Source: a virus
Reading direction: 5' to 3' (one strand)
IMG/VR virus record: IMGVR_UViG_3300032313_000664
Span: 1-64,000 of that record
Length of the DNA: 64,000 nt
This document shows positions 1 through 6,429 of this stretch, piece by piece (position 1 is the first letter of the stretch; each line of letters begins with the position of its first letter). The notes beneath the pieces were generated by a model that was not told the DNA's origin, ran no database searches, and saw only the letters and a list, made by a program, of their open reading frames with translations. The position numbers and the translations under genes were made by a program.

Positions 1-35
1 AGTAGGCTTTCGATTGTGTATAGTTTGGTAGCCAT
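1..35 (-). CDS. 5' part of small hypothetical protein (MATKLYTIESL...), runs off window
   Basis: ATG at 35, SD-like GAAAGAAGG upstream, directly downstream of promoter at 71-92. Confidence 0.6.
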   Translation of the reverse strand, partial: MATKLYTIESL

Positions 36-70
36 TGGCAGACCTTCTTTCGTTTGTTGTTATGTATGGA

Positions 71-92
71 ATTATACACGAACCCACTGACA
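71..92 (-). promoter_or_regulatory. PafBC/RecA-NDp-like promoter TGTCAG-N10-TATAAT
   Basis: minus strand reads TGTCAG tgggttcgtg TATAAT, upstream of SD and ATG at 35. Confidence 0.7.
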
Positions 93-140
93 TTTTCACA
101 TTACTAGCCAGTAAATCCAAATACTGAGACGCTCAAGTCG

Positions 141-156
141 TGTGATAAGCATCACA
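141..156. promoter_or_regulatory. CRP/GlxR-type palindrome
   Basis: TGTGA taagca TCACA, perfect TGTGA-N6-TCACA. Confidence 0.65.
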
Positions 157-175
157 CCGAAATGTCCGTTTTGTC

Positions 176-290
176 TGTCAAATCGACACGCCGTAAATTT
201 CAGGGTTTTTTATAACAAATCCGTAACGACACGCCCGACGCCGCCACCTCTTGTGGGCGCAGCTGCCGATTTGTCAAATCGACACGCCGT
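176..290. repeat. 19-bp perfect direct repeat TGTCAAATCGACACGCCGT (176-194, 272-290) plus GACACGCC core at 228-235
   Basis: read directly; core recurs at 1158-1165. Confidence 0.85.
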
Positions 291-298
291 TTATTTAT

Positions 299-314
299 TG
301 TGAGTTATGTCTCA
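299..314. promoter_or_regulatory. CRP/GlxR-type site, 1 mismatch
   Basis: TGTGA gttatg TCTCA. Confidence 0.45.
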
Positions 315-505
315 TCTTCTAATTCTGCTAAATAATCTTGGTGTTCTACTAAACCAATCGCAAACGCAACGGGATCGCAACACTCTAAGATTTCGGCGGG
401 AGTAAAAGTTGAGTAACCGATTTTTACAGTTGGATAAATGTCATTTAGTAAATCAATAAAACTTTCTTTGATTTCTAAATCTTTTTCAAATTGTGATTTA
501 TTCAT
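305..505 (-). CDS. acidic hypothetical protein, 66 aa
   Basis: ORF track; GGGGGA SD-like; last gene of coupled operon. Confidence 0.8.
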   Translation of the reverse strand: MNKSQFEKDLEIKESFIDLLNDIYPTVKIGYSTFTPAEILECCDPVAFAIGLVEHQDYLAELEDET

Positions 506-611
506 TTAGTCCCCCGTTTTTTATGTCTTTGATTACGGCGATTAGTAGCGGAATAGTTACTCCCGCTAATAGTAATTGGACGGCGGTAGTTAGTAGGCGA
601 TTAGTAGTCAT
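498..611 (-). CDS. 37-aa single-TM microprotein (MTTNRLLTTAVQLLLAGVTIPLLIAVIKDIKNGGLNE)
   Basis: hand translation; TAATG overlap with upstream ORF. Confidence 0.7.
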   Translation of the reverse strand: MTTNRLLTTAVQLLLAGVTIPLLIAVIKDIKNGGLNE

Positions 612-766
612 TACTTATTCTTCTTTCTCTTATAAATCTTATAAGCGATTAGTGCTAGGGCGGTGATAATAATAGTGTGCCAAGGTAGATAGATAGACCC
701 TAGAAAACTATCTAACTCAAATCCGTATTCGCTAGTTATGTATAAATCAAATCCGTTAGGTATCAT
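611..766 (-). CDS. 51-aa membrane microprotein with basic C-tail
   Basis: hand translation MIPNGFDLY...IIITALALIAYKIYKRKKNK; TAATG coupling at both ends. Confidence 0.7.
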   Translation of the reverse strand: MIPNGFDLYITSEYGFELDSFLGSIYLPWHTIIITALALIAYKIYKRKKNK

Positions 767-939
767 TATTCGTATGCCTCCCAATCTAGTGTTAGTGATT
801 TAGATAGTTCATCTTCATCATAATCGGTAGCGCCTATTTCTAAGCCCTCTGCTAGTGCCTTGTTATAGGCTTCTTCTTCATCTAGATAGACATAAGCGTC
901 TGCTATATCCGCTTGGATAGTATCCCATTTAGTCATCAT
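766..939 (-). CDS. 57-aa highly acidic microprotein
   Basis: MMTKWDTIQADIADAYVYLDEEEAY...DWEAYE; SD GAGG; TAATG coupling. Confidence 0.75.
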   Translation of the reverse strand: MMTKWDTIQADIADAYVYLDEEEAYNKALAEGLEIGATDYDEDELSKSLTLDWEAYE

Positions 940-1091
940 TACTTTACCTCTACTTCTCTAATGTTATAAGTGAAACCCTTACCGAGTTTATTTAGTTCAG
1001 CGATTACCGCTAAGATTTCTTCAGGCTTACTAGCCTTTTGATTTACGGCTAATAGTTGAGAGCCTTGCCATAGTGTATAAGTGATAGTCAT
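939..1091 (-). CDS. 50-aa hypothetical microprotein
   Basis: MTITYTLWQGSQLL...IREVEVK; SD-like GAAAGAAG; first gene after promoter 1127-1148. Confidence 0.75.
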   Translation of the reverse strand: MTITYTLWQGSQLLAVNQKASKPEEILAVIAELNKLGKGFTYNIREVEVK

Positions 1092-1126
1092 TATCTGTTC
1101 TTCTTTCGTTAGTAGTTATAGTAGGA

Positions 1127-1148
1127 ATTGTAGCGCATAGCGCCGACA
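1127..1148 (-). promoter_or_regulatory. PafBC/RecA-NDp-like promoter TGTCGG-N10-TACAAT
   Basis: minus strand TGTCGG cgctatgcgc TACAAT. Confidence 0.7.
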
Positions 1149-1166
1149 TTGTATAGCGACACGCCG

Positions 1167-1271
1167 TTAGGCGTTAGTGTGATTATGGTCACACACGGAC
1201 TCGATTTCGTGTCCGAACTCCTCTACGAGTTCCTCGTAGATTTCGTCCATATAATCAAGATAATCGTTCAT
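1167..1271 (-). CDS. 34-aa acidic microprotein (MNDYLDYMDEIYEELVEEFGHEIESVCDHNHTNA)
   Basis: hand translation; SD GGGAG; follows 1276-1464. Confidence 0.65.
   Translation of the reverse strand: MNDYLDYMDEIYEELVEEFGHEIESVCDHNHTNA
1178..1193. promoter_or_regulatory. CRP/GlxR-type palindrome
   Basis: TGTGA ttatgg TCACA, perfect consensus. Confidence 0.65.
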
Positions 1272-1275
1272 TAGA

Positions 1276-1464
1276 TTACTCCCAACTTCTAGTAGTGGCA
1301 ATTACTACACGCTTGCTAGGCTTGTAGTTAGGTAACTCGGTTAGAGTTACTGTATCTATAACTCTAGTCTGTGAGACTAGGTCTAGATACTCGTTAGCGT
1401 ATTCCTCGCTAGGAACTAGGAGGGTAGTAGAGCCTAAGCCTACTGTGTATTTTAGTGAAAACAT
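1276..1464 (-). CDS. hypothetical protein, 62 aa
   Basis: ORF track; SD GAAAGGA. Confidence 0.8.
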   Translation of the reverse strand: MFSLKYTVGLGSTTLLVPSEEYANEYLDLVSQTRVIDTVTLTELPNYKPSKRVVIATTRSWE

Positions 1465-1515
1465 TTTGTTTTCCTTTCTTTATCAAGAACCTTTCTTGAT
1501 TTTCTTTATAGTATA

Positions 1516-1537
1516 ACTCTAGCAGGGGGGTCTGACA
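1516..1537 (-). promoter_or_regulatory. PafBC/RecA-NDp-like promoter TGTCAG-N10-TAGAGT
   Basis: minus strand TGTCAG acccccctgc TAGAGT. Confidence 0.65.
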
Positions 1538-1585
1538 TTTATCAAGTCGCAACTCGGTCAAATCGGACATTTTAGAAAAGTAATT

Positions 1586-1601
1586 AGTGTTTTACATCAC
1601 A
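1586..1601. promoter_or_regulatory. degenerate CRP/GlxR-type site
   Basis: AGTGT tttaca TCACA; same distance to its promoter as site 141-156. Confidence 0.45.
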
Positions 1602-1706
1602 TTTAGCCTATTTATGGGCGCACTATCGGACAAATCGGACATCCCCAAAGGGGTGTATCGTACAAATTAAAAATATATTAACATTTTGTCAAAATTGAAA
1701 AAGCTA

Positions 1707-1736
1707 TTGACTTTCGAAAAAACTAAATGTTATACT
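1707..1736 (+). promoter_or_regulatory. sigma70/SigA-type promoter
   Basis: TTGACT-N18-TATACT with TGn extended -10. Confidence 0.65.
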
Positions 1737-1742
1737 TGGGAA

Positions 1743-1885
1743 GGTTTCGGGGGGTTACACTAAGGAACTCAATATGCCAAGTAATTCTTGGAAGTTGGAT
1801 CCAGACTCTCCTCTATCTTTCCAAAAAGATTTTTTAAATTTGGGGGGTAGGGGGGGTTTGCTAAAAAATCTAATTTCCAAGTAAT
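1743..1885 (+). ncRNA. candidate structured RNA containing G6-TA-G7 tract
   Basis: long GU-rich hairpin 1787-1881; alternative stem 1827-1836/1862-1871; downstream of promoter. Confidence 0.45.
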
Positions 1886-2008
1886 CAATTAAAAGCAAAT
1901 ACAAATATATAATATATATAAGCAATAGGCAATAGCCAAAAAATATTTTATTAACATTTGAATATATCTAATATTGCAGTTGACTAGAATATATAGTACA
2001 ATAGAGAT

Positions 2009-2119
2009 ATGAAATGCAACTTCTGCGATAATGAAAAATACGTCCAACGATTAAATTCGAGGGGGGCACTAGAGAACTTCTGTGTCGAATGCATTTCCAA
2101 ATTAAGGGTGGTATACTAA
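2009..2119 (+). CDS. 36-aa Zn-ribbon microprotein (CNFC...CVEC)
   Basis: hand translation; two CxxC. Confidence 0.65.
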   Translation: MKCNFCDNEKYVQRLNSRGALENFCVECISKLRVVY

Positions 2120-2123
2120 GATC

Positions 2124-2291
2124 ATGAATAACATATCAACTAACCTAGCTCCATGTGATGTATGCAATTTATCACACTGGGGAGTAACAATGGATGATCA
2201 AGGAATCTTGTCTCCATACTGCACATATTGCTCTGGGGATTATGCCCATACTAAAGAAGCAAGAAATGCTGCAGAAGGTATCAATCCATAA
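2124..2291 (+). CDS. 55-aa Zn-ribbon microprotein (CDVC...CTYC)
   Basis: hand translation; two CxxC. Confidence 0.65.
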   Translation: MNNISTNLAPCDVCNLSHWGVTMDDQGILSPYCTYCSGDYAHTKEARNAAEGINP

Positions 2292-2314
2292 TATTATAGT
2301 CGACTAGGATTATT

Positions 2315-2458
2315 ATGCATGATCATGAAAATATTGTTCTAGCCACAGGTTCAGGAATAACTGAGATGCAGCTAATGTGGATTTTAATGGGAGCAATGGC
2401 TATTCACCATATTTGGATGTGGTGGAAGATGAAAAAGAAAAATTGTAACTGCAAGTGA
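2315..2458 (+). CDS. 47-aa membrane microprotein
   Basis: MHDHENIVL...LMWILMGAMAIHHIWMWWKMKKKNCNCK; SD AGGA. Confidence 0.65.
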   Translation: MHDHENIVLATGSGITEMQLMWILMGAMAIHHIWMWWKMKKKNCNCK

Positions 2459-2532
2459 ACTGGTTACAAGCAACAATAATATTTGGACCTATATTGGTTC
2501 TATTAATAGCATTTTGGGATGATATAAAATGA
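2455..2532 (+). CDS. 25-aa membrane peptide
   Basis: GTG start in GTGA overlap; NWLQATIIFGPILVLLIAFWDDIK; ends in ATGA overlap. Confidence 0.5.
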   Translation: MNWLQATIIFGPILVLLIAFWDDIK

Positions 2533-2675
2533 AGAAGATCTATGCTTTAATTGCGTTAACTGCGACAGCAGTCTTCTCAGGTCTAGCTTTGTCTAAATTT
2601 TTAAATTGGGCGGGAAAGCAAGAAGATATCTTTGATTTTGACCTAAATGAAGATATAGACAATGAACAGTTCTAA
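2529..2675 (+). CDS. 48-aa signal-anchored peptide with acidic tail
   Basis: MKKIYALIALTATAVFSGLAL...DIDNEQF; ATGA coupling. Confidence 0.65.
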   Translation: MKKIYALIALTATAVFSGLALSKFLNWAGKQEDIFDFDLNEDIDNEQF

Positions 2676-2742
2676 ATCATTCCTATGGTCATTGCTAATC
2701 ATCCTTGGTGCATACTACTCATTGGTGTATATAACTCTATAG
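2662..2742 (+). CDS. 26-aa membrane peptide
   Basis: MNSSKSFLWSLLIILGAYYSLVYITL; overlaps previous stop. Confidence 0.45.
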   Translation: MNSSKSFLWSLLIILGAYYSLVYITL

Positions 2743-2963
2743 GGTAAAATCCCTAGCTTTTTCTCTCCCGCCCTTTTAAGGGTTCAAGTATCGGAGATAC
2801 CAAATATGACCCAGTAGGGCTTTAGAGGCCTCATAGAGGCTGTTTAAGGCATATTCTGCAAATGATCACATATGGGAAAGAGGGTGTTCTATTTTCGGCG
2901 CACTTTTTTCGCACTTTTTGCACTATATGTCCATATTGCCCGTATTATATAAATACTATCTAT

Positions 2964-3008
2964 AAAAAGAAAAAATCCCATTCAGAGGCGGATCCGAATG
3001 GGCTTTTC
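2964..3008. terminator. probable bidirectional intrinsic terminator
   Basis: CCCATTC/GAATGGG stem with A-tract left and T-tract right, between convergent genes. Confidence 0.55.
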
Positions 3009-3083
3009 TAGTGTATTACTACACATTATATAGGGAGACATGGTGGTGTCTCTAACCTACACATCTTTATTGTAGAATATGTT

Positions 3084-3395
3084 TTATTCTAAGTCAACTA
3101 CTTTCTCATCATTTTTTGATATGCTTTCTACAATGGCCTCAGCTGGAGGATAGCTAGTAATAAATCCATAAGGATCCTTGCTTGTCTCAGGATTGTTCCC
3201 CAGGTATTCAAGATACTCTGGAAGATTAGTAATTTCAGCCAAAAGAACCATAAGGTCTACGCATCTTTTATGGGTAAACATATGTGTAGTATGACACCTA
3301 TATGCTTCATCTACATTTGGGCAAACTTTAAGTATTTCCATAAGTCTAAAAACAATCTTATGGGCCATCTCCATTTGTTCTTGACTATAAGCCAT
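3084..3395 (-). CDS. hypothetical protein
   Basis: ORF track; overlaps upstream gene in operon. Confidence 0.75.
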   Translation of the reverse strand: MAYSQEQMEMAHKIVFRLMEILKVCPNVDEAYRCHTTHMFTHKRCVDLMVLLAEITNLPEYLEYLGNNPETSKDPYGFITSYPPAEAIVESISKNDEKVVDLE

Positions 3396-3630
3396 CTACT
3401 TCATCCTTTATCTCAATTGGAGTATATGCAGGTTCAGGCCCAAGCAAGAATCCTTTTTCGTGATATCCAACCATCTTTGATGTTTCTTCCCCTCCGACAA
3501 TTTTGTCAGCAATTAAAGAAAGAAGATCGTATATTCTATGCAGCATAATGTAGGTAACCATTGGAAGGTTCTCTTCAATAGTTCCAGCATCAGATATTAT
3601 AGCCCCATCAGGCAATTGTGATTCATCCAT
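3385..3630 (-). CDS. hypothetical protein
   Basis: ORF track; SD GGAGG. Confidence 0.8.
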   Translation of the reverse strand: MDESQLPDGAIISDAGTIEENLPMVTYIMLHRIYDLLSLIADKIVGGEETSKMVGYHEKGFLLGPEPAYTPIEIKDEVDGL

Positions 3631-3796
3631 TTTTATTTATCCCTCCATCAGTATTAGGGAAGATTACAGGCATCTTCCATTCGTATGTTTCAAATCCAGA
3701 AGACTCATATTGCATCTCTTCTGCCGCCGACGCACTTTCTGTTGCAATTTGTAGTCCTTGACCACAGCTACAATTTCCACATCCACATTCTGACAT
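3623..3796 (-). CDS. 57-aa protein with N-terminal CGCGNCSC motif
   Basis: hand translation MSECGCGNCSCGQGLQIA...; fills the gap, TAATG-coupled to 3796-4497. Confidence 0.7.
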   Translation of the reverse strand: MSECGCGNCSCGQGLQIATESASAAEEMQYESSGFETYEWKMPVIFPNTDGGINKNG

Positions 3797-4497
3797 TAGT
3801 TGTATTCCTTTCTGTTCCAGTATTTGTTTTTATACCAACCAATAATATGTTTTACCGACTCGCTACGTGCCAACTTTGCTTCAGACAAAAGATTAGTATT
3901 TCTTTCAAGTTTCCAAGGCTCTGATTTAATCGGTATAATTTGTGCAATAGGAGTGCCAGCTTTAATTATTCCTTCAAATCCCATTTGAAGAAGAAAAGGC
4001 ATTTTTCCACCATTCATTGGATAGTTTGCATCAACCACGCCAGACATTGTTCTAAATGGAAGATCATCTCTATTTAATGGATGAGTTATCAATAAGCTAT
4101 ATCCGTCTTCTACTTTTAGTATTTGTTTTGTGCTCCATGAAAAATGATTTGAGTGAAAGCCTTGAGGAATTGGTAATGTTGGCACCATTCCTTTGTCTCT
4201 TTCAATAACAAAATCTGTTTCTGTATAATCAGAGTCAAAAAAGTTCCAGCTTATTCTAGGGCCTCCTGGAGTTTGTTCAACAAGAAGATCTACAGGAGCT
4301 GGAATGTAATATCCAGTTAAAAAGGCATCCATAAAAGGAGCACAACTTTTTACTGTTATTGTAGATGGAGAAATGCTTAGCTTTCCTCCTGAAAACTTTT
4401 CTATTTTTTTAAACCAATCAGGAATTACATTTTTCATGTACCCTATTGGTTCAAATACTGGGTGATATAAATCGTATTCTAATTTTTTAGATTTCAT
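3796..4497 (-). CDS. DUF6065-like / dUTPase-fold-like protein, paralog 1
   Basis: KSCAPFMDA..GY, HPLNR, GIIKAGTPIAQIIP motifs shared with 17172 and 17818 genes. Confidence 0.6.
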   Translation of the reverse strand: MKSKKLEYDLYHPVFEPIGYMKNVIPDWFKKIEKFSGGKLSISPSTITVKSCAPFMDAFLTGYYIPAPVDLLVEQTPGGPRISWNFFDSDYTETDFVIERDKGMVPTLPIPQGFHSNHFSWSTKQILKVEDGYSLLITHPLNRDDLPFRTMSGVVDANYPMNGGKMPFLLQMGFEGIIKAGTPIAQIIPIKSEPWKLERNTNLLSEAKLARSESVKHIIGWYKNKYWNRKEYN

Positions 4498-4696
4498 TTT
4501 TAATCGCTTCTACTATTTTGCTGTAAACTTCTAATCCTATGTTGTTTCTATATTCACAAGACAAACAATATAAAAATATATTATTGTCTAAATCCATGTT
4601 AGATTGAAGAGAGCCCTGATCCATTGGACATTCAAGTCTAGGAACAAGGCCCTCTTCTGATAAGGCTATGTACTTAGATACATACTGTATCTGCAT
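4487..4696 (-). CDS. small Zn-binding protein
   Basis: CPMD...CLSC. Confidence 0.75.
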   Translation of the reverse strand: MQIQYVSKYIALSEEGLVPRLECPMDQGSLQSNMDLDNNIFLYCLSCEYRNNIGLEVYSKIVEAIKNEI

Positions 4697-4701
4697 TTGA
4701 C

Positions 4702-5253
4702 CTACTTTTTCTGATCAGTCGGGAATTGCAATAGCCATTCCTGCGCTTTTGGGGTCATACCCTTCCAAGCTGACCAATCAATACCGCCATTGGTCATATA
4801 ATACGTTATCTCTGCGTTTGTTACTGGGTCGAATAACTCTCTGTTACTCTTTAGGTCGAATTTCTCAAGTCTTTCAGGACCAAGATTTCCGATCATGTTG
4901 ATCTGGAATATTCCGTAGGAACTATCTCCAGTATTCTTATTCCCGTTATATGCAAGCGGTCTTCCGTTAGATTCACGCTTTGCTATTGACCAGGCTTTCT
5001 TAAGGCCTGACCCTTCGAATCCTACAGTCTCAAGTAATAGTTTTAACTCTTTGTCTGTAAGCATCTCAGATGGCTTGTAAATCTCTTTACTAAAACTATC
5101 TAAGACTTCTTGCATTAATTGGGCTTCAGTTTTCACTAAAGGTTTTACTACTAAGGCATTTGCAGGCTGTACAGGAAACAAAAATAATGTTATCATTACT
5201 ATTGTAACCAGGTTATGAGCCAAATCACTTACCTGTTGTTTTATTTTCTCCAT
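4702..5253 (-). CDS. lysozyme-like lytic transglycosylase with N-terminal signal/TM segment
   Basis: IAKRESNG catalytic Glu, SYGIFQIN, DPVTNA, WSAW; start moved to 5253 by SD GAGGAGG. Confidence 0.8.
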   Translation of the reverse strand: MEKIKQQVSDLAHNLVTIVMITLFLFPVQPANALVVKPLVKTEAQLMQEVLDSFSKEIYKPSEMLTDKELKLLLETVGFEGSGLKKAWSIAKRESNGRPLAYNGNKNTGDSSYGIFQINMIGNLGPERLEKFDLKSNRELFDPVTNAEITYYMTNGGIDWSAWKGMTPKAQEWLLQFPTDQKK

Positions 5254-5338
5254 TGGCATTTCCTCCTCTAGAGATAACGAACTATAATAATAACATTGAA
5301 TACCTAAGCCTGTCAAGCCAGTCAACCAGAAAGAAAAC

Positions 5339-6340
5339 ATGAAAATATCTTATTATACGATTAAAGCAGGGTTAAACCCAGCTGTTGGCTTTGGTTATGC
5401 TGGAAAGAATATAGTTAAATCATTAAATAATTTAGGTCATTATGTTACATATGCTGATCCTAAAGCAGATATCCAAATTAATTTTACACAACCGCAACAT
5501 TTTAAAATGCATAGAGGGCAGTATCAAATTGGGTATACTCCTTGGGAATCAACATCGATGAGACCAGATTGGGTTGAAAGATTTAATTATTGCGACGAAG
5601 TCTGGACAACATCAGATTGGTGTGCTCAAGTATTTAAAGATAATGGAATAACAAAACCAATATATGTTTACCCTCACGGCATTGAAGATTTTTGGAAACC
5701 AAAAAGAAGAGTGCTTAATGATGGCCAGCCAATAAAGTTCTTACATATTGGAGAACCTTCACCAAGAAAAGACGGACAATTAGCAGTAGATACTTTTGCT
5801 AAAATGTTTGGAAATAATCCTGACTATCAGCTTACCCTAAAATGTCATAATTCTAATACTACAAGAATGTATAATTCAAATAACGAATTTGTTACACCAG
5901 ATGCTATTTATTCAAATATAAAAATTATAACTGATGAGTATACAGAACAACAGCTTTTAAGTTTATATTATAGTCATCATGTTCTTTTGTATCCAACCTG
6001 GGGAGAAGGCTTTGGCTTTATTCCACTTCAAGGACTTGCAACAGGTATGCCTGTTATATCAACATACGACTGGTGTCATTATAAAAATTATTTAGGCCCG
6101 CTTAAATTAAAATCTAAACTAACGGATGAGACTTTACCAAAGTCTGTAGGAGATGACTATATTGGAAAAATGTTTAAGCCAGATGCAAAACATCTAGAAG
6201 ATCAAATGTATGAAGCAGTAATTAACTTTAAAGCTTATTCTGGTTATTATTTTGCTCAAGCAAATCAAATACATAAAGATTATAATTGGGATCAGTTGAC
6301 TAAGAATGCATTTGAAAGATTGTCTAAAAAGTTTTCCTAA
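5339..6340 (+). CDS. GT4 (GT-B) glycosyltransferase
   Basis: TPWEST, PRKD, EGFGFIPLQGLATGMPVI motifs. Confidence 0.9.
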   Translation: MKISYYTIKAGLNPAVGFGYAGKNIVKSLNNLGHYVTYADPKADIQINFTQPQHFKMHRGQYQIGYTPWESTSMRPDWVERFNYCDEVWTTSDWCAQVFKDNGITKPIYVYPHGIEDFWKPKRRVLNDGQPIKFLHIGEPSPRKDGQLAVDTFAKMFGNNPDYQLTLKCHNSNTTRMYNSNNEFVTPDAIYSNIKIITDEYTEQQLLSLYYSHHVLLYPTWGEGFGFIPLQGLATGMPVISTYDWCHYKNYLGPLKLKSKLTDETLPKSVGDDYIGKMFKPDAKHLEDQMYEAVINFKAYSGYYFAQANQIHKDYNWDQLTKNAFERLSKKFS

Positions 6341-6429
6341 CCCCTTCCCCTATAAAGCCTTCTTTGGTAGAATAGGATCTTCACACTAAATTTAAATTAA
6401 CCGCTAGGCGGAGAAACAGGTACTCTAAA

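Noticed and set aside
176-290. 19-bp direct repeats as a mini CRISPR array
   Set aside because: Only two copies, 77 nt apart, with partial copies elsewhere; no cas genes; looks like operator or promoter motifs.
3270-3988. Plus-strand ORFs 3270-3548, 3685-3924 and 3800-3988
   Set aside because: Antisense to a coupled minus-strand operon; no SD or recognisable motifs.
5254-5340. N-terminal extension of the transglycosylase ORF to 5340
   Set aside because: Overlaps the divergent promoter region; the SD supports a start at 5253 (or 5259).
6341-6429. Cobalamin riboswitch or NrdR box upstream of nrdJ
   Set aside because: The gap is too short, with no B12-box-like sequence and no convincing NrdR palindrome.
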